NCBI GenBank assembly: GCA_963845245.1
Contig: CAWJRJ010000012.1
Coordinates: forward strand, 1-64,000
Length of the DNA stretch: 64,000 nucleotides
From: Nitrospirota bacterium
Lineage (GTDB): Bacteria; Nitrospirota; JACRHJ01
Direction of reading: 5' to 3'
Part shown: piece by piece, positions 1-9,889 of the stretch
Numbering within the stretch: position 1 is the stretch's first letter
Layout: each line of letters begins with the position of its first letter
Notes under the pieces: generated by a model
Database searches by the model: none
What the model was told of the DNA's origin: nothing
The model's input: the letters and a program-made list of their open reading frames with translations, nothing else
Made by a program: the position numbers and the translations under genes

Positions 1-16
1 ATCATGGAGTAACAAG

Positions 17-2206
17 ATGCGGAAATCCTCGGTACATAGTTTTGCCTACATATCAGTCTTCATCCTTATCATATCCGTAATTATCTACCTCAACCTGGTC
101 TTCCAGGAAAACCTCAAAAAAGACATAATTCACCAGTTCAACTCCCAGCAGGTGCTCCTTGCCAAGGGTGCTGCCTTGAACATCGAAAAGAAGGTGGACA
201 GGTACGTAAAGCAGATAGTGTCCATTTCAAAGCTGCCCTCCGTACGGAATATGGGGAAGAGTTTTTCCAAGGAACAGATGGCGACCGCGCTTATGGACGA
301 CCTGCCCAGAAACGGGAGCGGCATAATCAATTTTCAGCTAGTGGACAAGAAGGGGACCGTCAGGCTGGACCGCTACTCCCCGGATGCAACTGGCGTGGAC
401 ATATCCGGCAGGGATTATTTCAGGAAGACGAGCCAGCTTCTGGACGGCGAGGTCTATATATCCGAGATGACACGGCTGGATGAACTGAACCCGTCCAAAC
501 GCTACATCGTAATAGCTACACCTATATACACCGGCCATGCCAAAGGCGGCGAGGAGTTCAACGGCGTCGCACTGTTCGCGATAAGCGTCGAGGACATCGT
601 GGGCGATTACGTCTACCAGATAAGGATGGGCGAGCGCGGCTACGCCTGGATCATCGACAGCCGCGGCACGCTTGTCTACCACCCCGGCAGACCGGAGATG
701 ATAGGACGAAACCTCCTCAAGGCGGACAAGAGCTGCTTCGAATGTCACAAGTCTTTCAACGCCGAGAAGGCCATCCTCCAGGGTGGCGTGACGGAATACG
801 GGATATATACCGCCCCCATGGGGCAGGACAAGCTGATATCATACTGGAAGGCCCGCGTCGGGAACGAGTCGTGGCTCATCTGCGTGACCACGCCTTACAC
901 CGAGGTCACCGGCCTTATCGCCAAAAGCATGAGGCTCTATTCCTGGCTGATATCGATAATATTCCTGACAGTAATCGGCACCTCGGTCTACTTCATAATC
1001 CTTATAAAGAGGACCACGGCCGCGGACGAGCGGGCGAAGTACGCATCAGAGCTCGAATACAGGATAAAAGAGAGGACGGCGGAACTCTTTCACGAGAAGG
1101 AGAAGCTCAACGCGATCCTGAGCGGGTTCGGGGCGGGCGTGTCACTGATAGACCGCGACTACAACGTGGAATGGGCCAATGAAGCCATAACCAGGAACGT
1201 ATCCTCCCCGGTCGGGAAGAGGTGCTACGCGGCATACCGCGGGTTTATAATGCCCTGCAACGGCTGCCCGCTTCCTGCTGCCATCGAGAGCGGCAACGTG
1301 GAGCAGGGCGAGATGGTCTGCAGGAGGGTGGCCCAGGGTAATAACGGCAGCAAAGGCGAATCCCTTGACCTGCTGGACAAGCTCACAAACGAGAGCATTG
1401 GTTATTTCCAGATCGTCATTGCGCCCATAAAGGACAAGGACGGAGCAGTGACGCACGCCGTAGAGCTTATAAGGGATATCACCGGCGTACGAAAGCTGGA
1501 GCAGCAGATGCTCCACTCCGAGAAGCTGTCTGCCCTCGGCAGGCTGACCGCGGGCATTGCCCACGAGATAGGAAACCCGCTCACGGCCATTTATTCATAC
1601 ATACAGATACTCCAGGGCAACAAGTACGACGAGTTCACCAACAGCACGCTCGATATAATCTCGTTCCACATAAACCGCATCAGGGAGATCCTCCAGCAGA
1701 TGTCCGGTTTTTCGAGGAACTACCAGATCGAGAACGGCCCAGTGGACGTGAACGAGGCCGTGAAGGCTTCATTCGACCTGCTTGACTACGACAAGGGGGC
1801 GAAGGACTGTGTGCTCACGGGGGACTATTATCCCGGAAATCTGACGGTGGTCGCGGATGAGAAATGGCTGGTCTCTGTATTCGTGAACCTGCTCCTTAAC
1901 GCGCTAGACGCCATGCCCGGCGGAGGGCGGTTGACTGTACGCACCCTCAAGGAAGACAAGGCGAAGGGGCCGGGCCTCGCGGTAGTGGAGATAGCGGATA
2001 GCGGTGTCGGCATACCGCCTGAGAACCTGGGCAAGATCTTCGACCCGTTCTTCACGACCAAGCAGACGGGCAAGGGCACAGGGCTCGGCCTTGCGGTGAG
2101 CTATAATATCATCAAGGACCTGAAGGGGGACATATCGGTTTCGAGCAGCCCCGGCGAAGGCACCACCTTTACCATAAGGCTTCCACTGGAGGACCCAATT
2201 GCCTGA
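17..2206 (+). CDS. Membrane sensor histidine kinase (periplasmic Cache-like domain with a CxxCH motif, PAS-like region, HisKA, HATPase)
   Basis: Two TM segments; CFECH at 734-748; H-box AHEIGNPL; N box [16 protein letters not shown] and [14 protein letters not shown] boxes. Confidence 0.93.
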   Translation: MRKSSVHSFAYISVFILIISVIIYLNLVFQENLKKDIIHQFNSQQVLLAKGAALNIEKKVDRYVKQIVSISKLPSVRNMGKSFSKEQMATALMDDLPRNGSGIINFQLVDKKGTVRLDRYSPDATGVDISGRDYFRKTSQLLDGEVYISEMTRLDELNPSKRYIVIATPIYTGHAKGGEEFNGVALFAISVEDIVGDYVYQIRMGERGYAWIIDSRGTLVYHPGRPEMIGRNLLKADKSCFECHKSFNAEKAILQGGVTEYGIYTAPMGQDKLISYWKARVGNESWLICVTTPYTEVTGLIAKSMRLYSWLISIIFLTVIGTSVYFIILIKRTTAADERAKYASELEYRIKERTAELFHEKEKLNAILSGFGAGVSLIDRDYNVEWANEAITRNVSSPVGKRCYAAYRGFIMPCNGCPLPAAIESGNVEQGEMVCRRVAQGNNGSKGESLDLLDKLTNESIGYFQIVIAPIKDKDGAVTHAVELIRDITGVRKLEQQMLHSEKLSALGRLTAGIAHEIGNPLTAIYSYIQILQGNKYDEFTNSTLDIISFHINRIREILQQMSGFSRNYQIENGPVDVNEAVKASFDLLDYDKGAKDCVLTGDYYPGNLTVVADEKWLVSVFVNLLLNALDAMPGGGRLTVRTLKEDKAKGPGLAVVEIADSGVGIPPENLGKIFDPFFTTKQTGKGTGLGLAVSYNIIKDLKGDISVSSSPGEGTTFTIRLPLEDPIA

Positions 2207-3545
2207 GAAGATACTTGTCATCGACGACGAAAAATATATCTGTGACGCCATCGCGCATATTCTGAAAACCGATTTCGCCGTTACAACCGCCGCAAACGGT
2301 GAAGAGGGCCTGAAGATAGCCGAGAGCATAGCCTTCGACCTGGTGATATCCGATATCAAGATGGACGGCATCAGCGGCCTCGACGTCCTGGAGAGGATAA
2401 GGAAGCTGGACTCCCACCTGCCGGTGATCATGATAACGGCGTTCGGCTCGATAGACTCCGCCATGGAGGCTGTAAGGATGGGGGCGACCGACTATATCAC
2501 GAAGCCCTTTGTAAACGAAGACCTCAAGCTTCGGGTGAAGAAGGCGCTGGAGGCAAGGCGGCTTCTGAAGGAGAATATCGAGCTTCGGGCGAAGCTGTCC
2601 GAGAAGTACGATTTCTCAAGGATAATAGGCCGTTCCGCCGCGATGCGCAAGGCGCTGTCCCTGATAGAGAAGGCGATACCCGCCAGCAGCAACCTGCTCG
2701 TTACCGGAGAGACAGGCACGGGCAAAGGCCTGGTGGCCGAGACCATACACTACAACAGCCCGCGAAAAGAGAAGAACTTCGTAGCTGTGAACTGCGGCGC
2801 GATCCCGGAGCAGCTGCTTGAAAGCCAGCTCTTCGGCCACAAGAAAGGCGCATTCACATCCGCCGACAAAGACGCGCGCGGGCTTGTGGAGGAGGCCGAG
2901 GGCGGCACGCTGTTCCTGGACGAGATAGGCGAGATGCCGCTTGCGCTTCAGGTGAAGATACTGAAGCTTATACAGGACCGCGAGTTCCTCCCGGTCGGCG
3001 GGACAAAGGCCTTGACGGTGGACGCGCGCATTATCGCCGCCACGAACCAGGACCTCGCTCACCTGGTGGAGGAACACCGGTTCAGGCAGGACCTCTACTA
3101 CAGGCTCAACGTCATAGAGATAGAGATACCGCCCCTGCGGGACCGGGGCGAGGACGTCCTGCTGCTGACTAGCCATTTCATAAAGCATTTGAACAAAGAG
3201 ACAGACGGGCACGTCGTGGGCATTGACAAGGTGGTGGAGCGGGTGTTCATGGACTACCCGTGGCCGGGCAACATCCGCGAGCTGCACAACGTTATCGAGA
3301 GGGCGGTGGTGATCTGCGGCTGCGAGGTCATCACGCTTGAGAACCTCCCGGAGCGGTTCAAGGCCTCCGGCCATACAGGGAAGATAAACCCGCACTTGAA
3401 AGAGGCGCACGAGGAGTTCGAGGCGAACTACATAAAAAGGATATGCGCCGAAAACGGCGGAGACAAGGAGCTTGCGGCGAAGATACTGGGCGTAGACCTT
3501 GCGACGCTTTACAGGAAGATAAAGAAGTACGACCTGAAGATATAA
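2199..3545 (+). CDS. Sigma54-dependent response regulator (NtrC/AtoC family)
   Basis: Receiver domain, Walker [15 protein letters not shown] (variant of GAFTGA), [16 protein letters not shown]-terminal HTH; TTG start overlapping the kinase stop. Confidence 0.95.
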   Translation: MPEKILVIDDEKYICDAIAHILKTDFAVTTAANGEEGLKIAESIAFDLVISDIKMDGISGLDVLERIRKLDSHLPVIMITAFGSIDSAMEAVRMGATDYITKPFVNEDLKLRVKKALEARRLLKENIELRAKLSEKYDFSRIIGRSAAMRKALSLIEKAIPASSNLLVTGETGTGKGLVAETIHYNSPRKEKNFVAVNCGAIPEQLLESQLFGHKKGAFTSADKDARGLVEEAEGGTLFLDEIGEMPLALQVKILKLIQDREFLPVGGTKALTVDARIIAATNQDLAHLVEEHRFRQDLYYRLNVIEIEIPPLRDRGEDVLLLTSHFIKHLNKETDGHVVGIDKVVERVFMDYPWPGNIRELHNVIERAVVICGCEVITLENLPERFKASGHTGKINPHLKEAHEEFEANYIKRICAENGGDKELAAKILGVDLATLYRKIKKYDLKI

Positions 3546-3604
3546 AAAAATAGCTGCATCTGCCCGCCGAGAAACAGATAAAGACTAAAAAGACGGTATC
3601 AATT

Positions 3605-3638
3605 TAAAATAGGGCCACAGCCTGGGCTGTAGCCCTAT
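3605..3638 (-). terminator. Intrinsic terminator-like hairpin (minus strand)
   Basis: ATAGGGCTACAGCC-CA-GGCTGTGGCCCTAT followed by TTT; the single non-Watson-Crick pair is U-G on the minus strand but C-A on the plus strand. Confidence 0.6.
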
Positions 3639-3878
3639 GAGGAAAAAAGGAGGTAACTCTTGGGGAGGGTGTCCTGCCTTTTTTGCCAGTGATTCGGATT
3701 TTAAAATACAGCCTTACGCCCAGGACTTAAGTTAATGTTTCCTGAAAGCATTATCACTTCATACATTATTAAGATATTTTAATAATAATGTCAAGTAATT
3801 TAATAATAATTATTATTGCCGAGTCGCGGACAGGCATGGGCTTGGAAGAGTCGAATCTTGCCGGGTGTTCCTGACGGG

Positions 3879-3914
3879 AAAAAAACTGCCGCCTTCTTTA
3901 ATAGAAAGCGGCAG
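3879..3914 (-). terminator. Rho-independent terminator of the oxidoreductase/cytochrome operon
   Basis: CTGCCGCTTTCT-loop-AGAAGGCGGCAG followed by T7, just after the cytochrome stop codon. Confidence 0.8.
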
Positions 3915-3951
3915 CAGGTAAGATTAATCGATGTTACGGTTTTTCTTTGTG

Positions 3952-5322
3952 TTACCCCGCCTGATGGCAGCCGTCGCATTTGTCCGCCGCGAAGGCCTTC
4001 TTGCCGTTGTGGCATCCGCCGCAGGACTTCCCGCCGTTTATGCTGTCCATAGAGTTATTGGTCGAGTTCTTCCTGTACCCGAAGAGCGCGGTATGGCAGC
4101 CTTTGCAGTCGAGCCCCATCGCGATGTGCATCTCGTGCGAGAACATGACCTTCCCGCCTCCGCCGCCCTCGTATGCGATGTTGCCGCCGTCCTTCTTGCC
4201 GCCCTTGTGGCAACGGTCGCACTGCTCGGAGGAGAATGCCTTGCTGCCGTTGTGGCAGCCGCCGCATGAGCGGCCTGCCCGCATGCCGTCCATAGTCACC
4301 TTTGTAGCAGCCCTGCCGTAGCCGAACAGCGTCGTATGGCAGTACTTGCACTCAAGTCCCTTGGCCAGGTGTTTCTCGTGCGAGAACAGGACCTGTCCGA
4401 AGCCGCCGCCCTCGAAGGCTATCATGCCGCCGCCTGACGCGCCGCCCCTGTGGCATTTGCCGCAGTCAGAGGTCTTGAAAGCATCCTTCCCGTTATGGCA
4501 GCTGCCGCAGAATTTGCCGGAATCCATGCCCGCCATGGTCATGACCCCGTGAGTCTTCTCCATCTTGAAAAGCCTGGGGTGGCAGGATTCGCAGTCGAGC
4601 CCGTTTGCCATGTGCCGCTTGTGGCTGAAGACGGCGTCACCCGCGCCTCTTTGTATGTAAGTTATGTTGCCGCCGCCGACGTTGCCGCTCATAGAGACGC
4701 CGGAAGGCATGCCGTTGGGGTGGCAGGACACGCAGGGCGTGGTCTTTTCGTCGTGGCAGGTATAGCAGGTCTCCATCGTCGGCCGGTATGTCGCGTATTT
4801 CGCGGGCCTTCTCTCGTGGAAGACGTTAGAGTGACAGTAGGTGCACTTTATACCAAGCTCTTTGATATGCTTCGAGTGGGGTATCCTGATCAGCTCACTG
4901 GACGGGCGTTTTCTTTCCTTCGCGTCCACGCCGACCATGATGTCCAGGTCTTTCTTATGGCAGCCCATGCAGTGGCCAGTCAGAACGTCCTCCTTGGCCG
5001 AGAAGCCGAAATGGAAGGCCGCGCCTACAACGCCGCTCTTCTCGACGTCGTGGCATGTCGCACAGCTCAACTGGGGGTGCACCGATGACTTCTTCCAGAA
5101 GTCCATGTTGCGCTGGTTGATGTGGCAGTTGAGGCAGTATAACTTCTGGGTGCCCACCACTTCCACAAAGCCGTATGTGAGGAGCACCAGCGGGATTGCC
5201 GCCGCCAGCAGGATAACCGCGAGAGTCCTCCGCCTGATTTGCAGGATTTTAGAGAGGACCGGCTTCAAGCTGATGGTCGGCACCTTCATTATAAGGTCGA
5301 TTATCCGCATCTTGTTAGCCAT
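3952..5322 (-). CDS. Membrane-anchored multiheme cytochrome c (15 CxxCH) with three C-terminal c7-type triheme repeats
   Basis: 15 CxxCH counted; N-terminal TM helix; three repeats of FSHxxH..CxxCH..M...G..CGxCHNG..AF...CxxCH. Confidence 0.92.
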   Translation of the reverse strand: MANKMRIIDLIMKVPTISLKPVLSKILQIRRRTLAVILLAAAIPLVLLTYGFVEVVGTQKLYCLNCHINQRNMDFWKKSSVHPQLSCATCHDVEKSGVVGAAFHFGFSAKEDVLTGHCMGCHKKDLDIMVGVDAKERKRPSSELIRIPHSKHIKELGIKCTYCHSNVFHERRPAKYATYRPTMETCYTCHDEKTTPCVSCHPNGMPSGVSMSGNVGGGNITYIQRGAGDAVFSHKRHMANGLDCESCHPRLFKMEKTHGVMTMAGMDSGKFCGSCHNGKDAFKTSDCGKCHRGGASGGGMIAFEGGGFGQVLFSHEKHLAKGLECKYCHTTLFGYGRAATKVTMDGMRAGRSCGGCHNGSKAFSSEQCDRCHKGGKKDGGNIAYEGGGGGKVMFSHEMHIAMGLDCKGCHTALFGYRKNSTNNSMDSINGGKSCGGCHNGKKAFAADKCDGCHQAG

Positions 5323-7522
5323 TTTCTCTCTCCTCCGGCGCCTTGTCGATTGTGACCCTTGTCAGTGGAAGGCCAAGGATTGCGCGGTTGTCCATGTTGA
5401 AGGACACAAGCCTGTTAGGGTTCGGCCCGGAACCTTCGTTTTTCCACCAGATAGATCTGGTGAATGGGTCAGGGCTTTGGAATTTCTCTCCCTTCTCGAT
5501 GTTGCCGTATCCGTTATGACCGCAGCCCCTCGCAAGGGCGATTGCCCTTGGGTGCATGCCCGGGGTGAGGGTGACGACGGCGCTTACCTTGCCCGCTGTT
5601 GAGGTGATGCGCACGGTATCCCAGTCCTTTAGCCCCAGAGCCACGCCCGTGGCGGTGTTTATGAATGCCCTGTTCTTGTGGTAGATCTCCTTCAAGAGGA
5701 GGTTGTTCTCGGTAAAGCCCTCGCGGTATGCCACCGGGGAGTAAATGACAAGCATCAGTTCGCCCGCCTTCATCTCCTTCAGCTCAGGCGGTAGATCGAA
5801 CGAAGGCAGCCTGTGGCCCTCTTCCCACTCAGCCTTGATCTTGCCGGGCATTAACCCTTCAGCGCCCTGGCGCACCATGCCTTGGGCAGAGGCCGCGAAG
5901 AACCCTTTTTGCGCAAGCATCTCTTCCCTGCCGTGCTCAGGCAGCGCCTTGGCTTTGTCTGCAAGCTGCGAGACGTAATCCTCTGAGTCGAGGTATCCGA
6001 GGGGTGTTCCCGACTTTTTCGAGAGCATGGCTATTATGTCGACATAAGGTTTTGAGTCTTCGAGCGGCTGGACGACAGGCTGCCTGTAGCCGATTACCTG
6101 CTCCGCCCCGGGCCCGATAGTGTACTCCAGGCCGTACTCCTCCAGGTATGTCGAGGCCGGAAGCACCACGTCCGCAAACATCCCGGTGTCTGTAACGTGC
6201 GCGTCTATGCTGACTATGAGCGGCAGCTTCTCTTCATCCTTCAATGCGTATTCGAACCGCTCTCCTTCAGGCGACGAGTAGACAGGGTCGCAGCCGCTCA
6301 CGATATAAGCGCCCACCTTCTGCCTTCCTTCGGAGAACCCGGTGTAAAAGGTCTCCGCTGCCATCGTCGTGACTTTAGGATTTTCCGGGTACGGTTGGCC
6401 GGTCTTCGGGATGATGTTGCAGCCCTGCCTGTTCAGCTTGCCGGTAATGATCGGGAGGAGCCGTATTGACCGCTCGCCTTCCGTCCCGCCCCGGTAGCCC
6501 GACACGCCTCCCCCGGTAAGCAGCACGGCCCGGTCCGACCTGGCGTATTCGATCGCGACCCTTTTTATGTCCTTTGCCGGGACGCCGCTTATCCGCTCCG
6601 CGGCCGCCGGTGTATAGCTTGACAGATGTGCCGCAAGTCTTTCAGCGTTCGAGTTCGTGTGCCCATCGAGGAAGCCTTTGTCGTACAGGCCCTCGTCCAT
6701 TATAACGTGTGCCATCGCGAGCGCGACGACCGCGTCCGTGCCCGGCATCAGCGGGAACCACTCGTCGCTCCTCCCTGCCGTGGAGGACAGGCGCGGGTCG
6801 AATGTGACCATCTGCAGTGTGCCCCTGTCACGGCGGGATGCTATGGCCCCGGCGGACGACATGCCGAACGGGTCTGACTCGAACGGGTTCGCGCCGAAGT
6901 TGAGTATGTAAGAGGCGTTCGCGACGTCCGGGTAGTCGTACTCGGCGCCGAACGTGCCCTTGAGGGCGGCTTCCCTGTTGGCCGACACTATATGGTCGTG
7001 GGTTATCAGGGTCCCGCCGCCGTTTTTGGACAGGAAAAGCCTGGACGCCCACGAGGATGAGCCGCCCTGCGTTTCAAGCACGACGCCTCTTCCGGAATGC
7101 CGCTTCATCTTCCCTGCAATCATGTCCAGGGCTTCGTCCCAGCTTGCCGGCACGAACCGGCCCTGGCCCCTCTTTCCCACCCGGACAAGCGGTTTGACGA
7201 CGCGTTCCGGGTCGTAGAGGGTGTAAAGGCCCGCCTGCCCGACAAGGCAGAGCGTACCCTTGTTGACGGGGTGGGCCGGGTTGCCCCCGATCTTTAAAAG
7301 CTGGCCGTCCCTGACATATGCTACCATCCCGCAGTTCGCACGGCAGCCGGTGCAGGTGGTGGGGATTCCCTTCACCTGTTTCCCGGTGCACCGGTCTATG
7401 AAGGGCCGCTCTTCCGTCTCGCTGGCCGTCAGCAGCGGGCCCAGCAGGTGGGACAGCGCAAGCGCGGCCCCGCCTGCAGCAGAATATTTAAGGAAGCCCC
7501 TTCTTTCCATCATCTTTGACAT
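5315..7522 (-). CDS. Tat-exported molybdopterin oxidoreductase family subunit (PsrA/TtrA/ArrA-like, divergent)
   Basis: RRGFLK twin-arginine signal; CTGCRANC...C FS0 cluster; DPRLS, PGTDA and DVVLPASTYLE motifs; C-terminal dinucleotide-binding domain. Confidence 0.88.
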   Translation of the reverse strand: MSKMMERRGFLKYSAAGGAALALSHLLGPLLTASETEERPFIDRCTGKQVKGIPTTCTGCRANCGMVAYVRDGQLLKIGGNPAHPVNKGTLCLVGQAGLYTLYDPERVVKPLVRVGKRGQGRFVPASWDEALDMIAGKMKRHSGRGVVLETQGGSSSWASRLFLSKNGGGTLITHDHIVSANREAALKGTFGAEYDYPDVANASYILNFGANPFESDPFGMSSAGAIASRRDRGTLQMVTFDPRLSSTAGRSDEWFPLMPGTDAVVALAMAHVIMDEGLYDKGFLDGHTNSNAERLAAHLSSYTPAAAERISGVPAKDIKRVAIEYARSDRAVLLTGGGVSGYRGGTEGERSIRLLPIITGKLNRQGCNIIPKTGQPYPENPKVTTMAAETFYTGFSEGRQKVGAYIVSGCDPVYSSPEGERFEYALKDEEKLPLIVSIDAHVTDTGMFADVVLPASTYLEEYGLEYTIGPGAEQVIGYRQPVVQPLEDSKPYVDIIAMLSKKSGTPLGYLDSEDYVSQLADKAKALPEHGREEMLAQKGFFAASAQGMVRQGAEGLMPGKIKAEWEEGHRLPSFDLPPELKEMKAGELMLVIYSPVAYREGFTENNLLLKEIYHKNRAFINTATGVALGLKDWDTVRITSTAGKVSAVVTLTPGMHPRAIALARGCGHNGYGNIEKGEKFQSPDPFTRSIWWKNEGSGPNPNRLVSFNMDNRAILGLPLTRVTIDKAPEERENG

Positions 7523-7534
7523 GGAGAGCCCCCT

Positions 7535-8449
7535 TTACATTATCGGCAGGTATTGCGTGCCTACGGTTATTGAATATCGCATCACGAAAATGCCGATCTC
7601 CGCGAACAGCATGATCATGAACAAAAGCGGGAGCTGCTTGTTCGCCTTGGGCAGGGCGACGACGAGCAAGGGTATTATCGTGCCCAGGAACAGCGTGAAC
7701 AGCCCGAAGTTCATCCCGATCTTGCCTTCGAGCAAAAGCTGCGCCGCGAGGGCCGCCCACTCTGAAGAGAAGCGCATGTATACCTGTTGAGTAAATATGA
7801 AGAAAAGGTTCAAAAGCAGGAAGAGGGCCGCGAAGCGCGTGAGCTTTATTATAATGTTGAACTGGGCCTCTTTCGTGCCGGAATCCCAGTGGCTTGACAT
7901 AAGCCAGTACCTTGTAATGCCGACCATAGTCATCAGCGATATCGCAGAAACCATTGCGGCCGATGCGAAGAAGGCGGGCATCAGCGGGGTGTTCCACGCG
8001 CTTGCCGATATGGCCATGGCGACTATGAACCCGATGTAGGTAACGTAACCGATCGCTATCGGCAGGAGCGCCGCCGCAAGCGGCTTGTATATCTTCGTCT
8101 TCCCGAGGAAAAGGAAGACTATGTAACCGGTGGCAAACAACGGATACGCCGAAAGGAAAAAGGAGCCCCATGTGAGCGGCGAAGTCGCGTTGCCCCGCAC
8201 CATCAGGAACCAGAACCTAAGCGGCTGTCCAAGGTCGATTATAAGAAGCGTGGGCGCAAACGAAAAGAGCGCTATGACGGCCACCGCGCCAAGCTTGGCC
8301 AGCGGCTTGTAGTCGGTCTTCCCGGTAAGCGTGGCCCATATGGAAAGGAGCGAGCAGCCTCCCCCGACGCCCAGCAGGAAGAAGTAGGTGGAAATCACGC
8401 TTGAAAGCGCGAACTCATGTGGTACGTTGTACAGCACGTCCATGTCCAT
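7535..8449 (-). CDS. NrfD/PsrC family membrane anchor
   Basis: YFFL-G-GGG, LIIDLGQPLRFW and TSPLTWGS motifs; about 8 TM helices. Confidence 0.92.
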   Translation of the reverse strand: MDMDVLYNVPHEFALSSVISTYFFLLGVGGGCSLLSIWATLTGKTDYKPLAKLGAVAVIALFSFAPTLLIIDLGQPLRFWFLMVRGNATSPLTWGSFFLSAYPLFATGYIVFLFLGKTKIYKPLAAALLPIAIGYVTYIGFIVAMAISASAWNTPLMPAFFASAAMVSAISLMTMVGITRYWLMSSHWDSGTKEAQFNIIIKLTRFAALFLLLNLFFIFTQQVYMRFSSEWAALAAQLLLEGKIGMNFGLFTLFLGTIIPLLVVALPKANKQLPLLFMIMLFAEIGIFVMRYSITVGTQYLPIM

Positions 8450-8465
8450 TGTTATGGTTCCCCTT

Positions 8466-9107
8466 TCATTCGAAGACGCCTTCCAGTGCGTCCTTGGCGT
8501 GCTTTATATGGTGTTCGATGTCCACCCCCTTCAGCGGGTCGATGATGTCTTTGTCAAGCGCTATGTAAAAAACGTTGGGCTTGGTGCCGGACTCCGGCTT
8601 TAAGACCGAGGTCGGGTTCTCCACCAGCAGTTTCACTATCTCGGATGTCGGGTCGTTCAGGTCGCCGAAGACGCGAGCCTTTGCGGGGCAGGTCTCAACA
8701 CATGCGGGCAACAGGCCGGCGTCCACCCTCTGGTAGCAGAAGGAGCATTTCTGGACGTACCTCCTCAGGGGGTTTAAGGCACGCACCTGGTAAGGGCATG
8801 CGGCCATGCAGTATTTGCAGCCCACGCACTTGTGCGGGTCGACCATCACTATCCCGTCGTCCCTTTTGTAGCTTGCCTTTACCGGGCAGACCTTTACGCA
8901 TACCGCGTTTTCGCAGTTGTTGCAAAGCACCGGCAGGGAGAGGCTTCTGGCGTTGGGGTACATCCCCTTGTCCATAAGCTTCACCCAGCTGCGGAATACG
9001 GCGGGGGGTACTTCGTTTTCCGTCTTGCATGCCACGCTGCAACTGTGGCAGCCGATGCATTTCCGGAGGTCGATCACCATCCCCCATTTTTTGGTGGTCT
9101 TTGACAT
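8466..9107 (-). CDS. 4Fe-4S dicluster electron-transfer subunit (NrfC/PsrB/TtrB-like)
   Basis: MVIDLRKCIGCHSCSVACK, CNNC..CVKVCP, CVGCKYCMAACPY, KCSFC..PACVETCP. Confidence 0.95.
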   Translation of the reverse strand: MSKTTKKWGMVIDLRKCIGCHSCSVACKTENEVPPAVFRSWVKLMDKGMYPNARSLSLPVLCNNCENAVCVKVCPVKASYKRDDGIVMVDPHKCVGCKYCMAACPYQVRALNPLRRYVQKCSFCYQRVDAGLLPACVETCPAKARVFGDLNDPTSEIVKLLVENPTSVLKPESGTKPNVFYIALDKDIIDPLKGVDIEHHIKHAKDALEGVFE

Positions 9108-9116
9108 GGTTTCTCC

Positions 9117-9449
9117 TTAGTTGGACCGGCCTTTGCCCGCCTCAAGGTTCGCAGTCTTAGGTTCCATTACGGCGCCGACCACGTATCCCGCTACCCAGCC
9201 GATGGCCGAGGACAGGCCGACGAACATGATCCCGGATACTATGACGCCAGCCAGCATCGAGGCCGCCACAATGACCCTCGACAACAGCGTGACCCCTGCC
9301 GCCTCATGGAATACGGAGTTCACTATCTCAAGGCCCATCGTGCCGCCTATGAGCGAGCCATAAAGAAGGCCCACGAACAAGAAGAGCAACAGGCCTATCC
9401 CTGCTCCGGCCAGCCCTGCCTTCCTTGCTGTTTTGTCTCTGGTATTCAT
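9117..9449 (-). CDS. Small Gly-rich membrane protein (paralog 3 of 3)
   Basis: 110 aa, hydrophobic; RBS AGGAGG; similar to the two upstream ORFs. Confidence 0.85.
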   Translation of the reverse strand: MNTRDKTARKAGLAGAGIGLLLFLFVGLLYGSLIGGTMGLEIVNSVFHEAAGVTLLSRVIVAASMLAGVIVSGIMFVGLSSAIGWVAGYVVGAVMEPKTANLEAGKGRSN

Positions 9450-9490
9450 GGCGTACCTCCTTTTTCAGTGATGAAGGTGTTACGGTTGTC

Positions 9491-9854
9491 TTAGTTGTGA
9501 TTCTTGACAGCCTCGGACGCAAGTTTGCCAGACAACTCGCCGGACTTTACCGGGGACTGTGTAAGGCTCAACAGGAAGCCGCCCGCCGCGCCCATTGCCG
9601 CGCCGGTGACGGTGAAGAACACTAAGGAGAATATCACGCCCGCCAGCATCGAACCGGCAACGATCATCCTCGGCAGCAGTTCGTTTGCCATCAGCTCCAG
9701 GGTGGTTTCACCGAATACGTGGTTGGCTATGGCAAGGCCGGCAGCGCCGCCCAGCAGATGCGCCCTGCAGGAGACCAAACACTGCGAAAAGCACAACCCC
9801 TACACCGCCTCCAATGAGTCCGCATTTCTTCATGAGTTCGTTTCTTGTGACCAT
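9491..9854 (-). CDS. Small Gly-rich membrane protein (paralog 2 of 3), apparent +1 frameshift near 9759
   Basis: MVTRNELMKKCGLIGGGVG... continues as LLGGAAGLAIANH... after one base is removed (about 120 aa); RBS AGGAGG. Confidence 0.8.
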
Positions 9855-9889
9855 GGCGTACCTCCTGTGTTTCAGTGTTGGTTGAAATG

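Noticed and set aside
5315..7522. Selenocysteine as the missing Mo ligand
   Set aside because: The ORF is uninterrupted and the codon at the expected ligand position is GTG, not TGA
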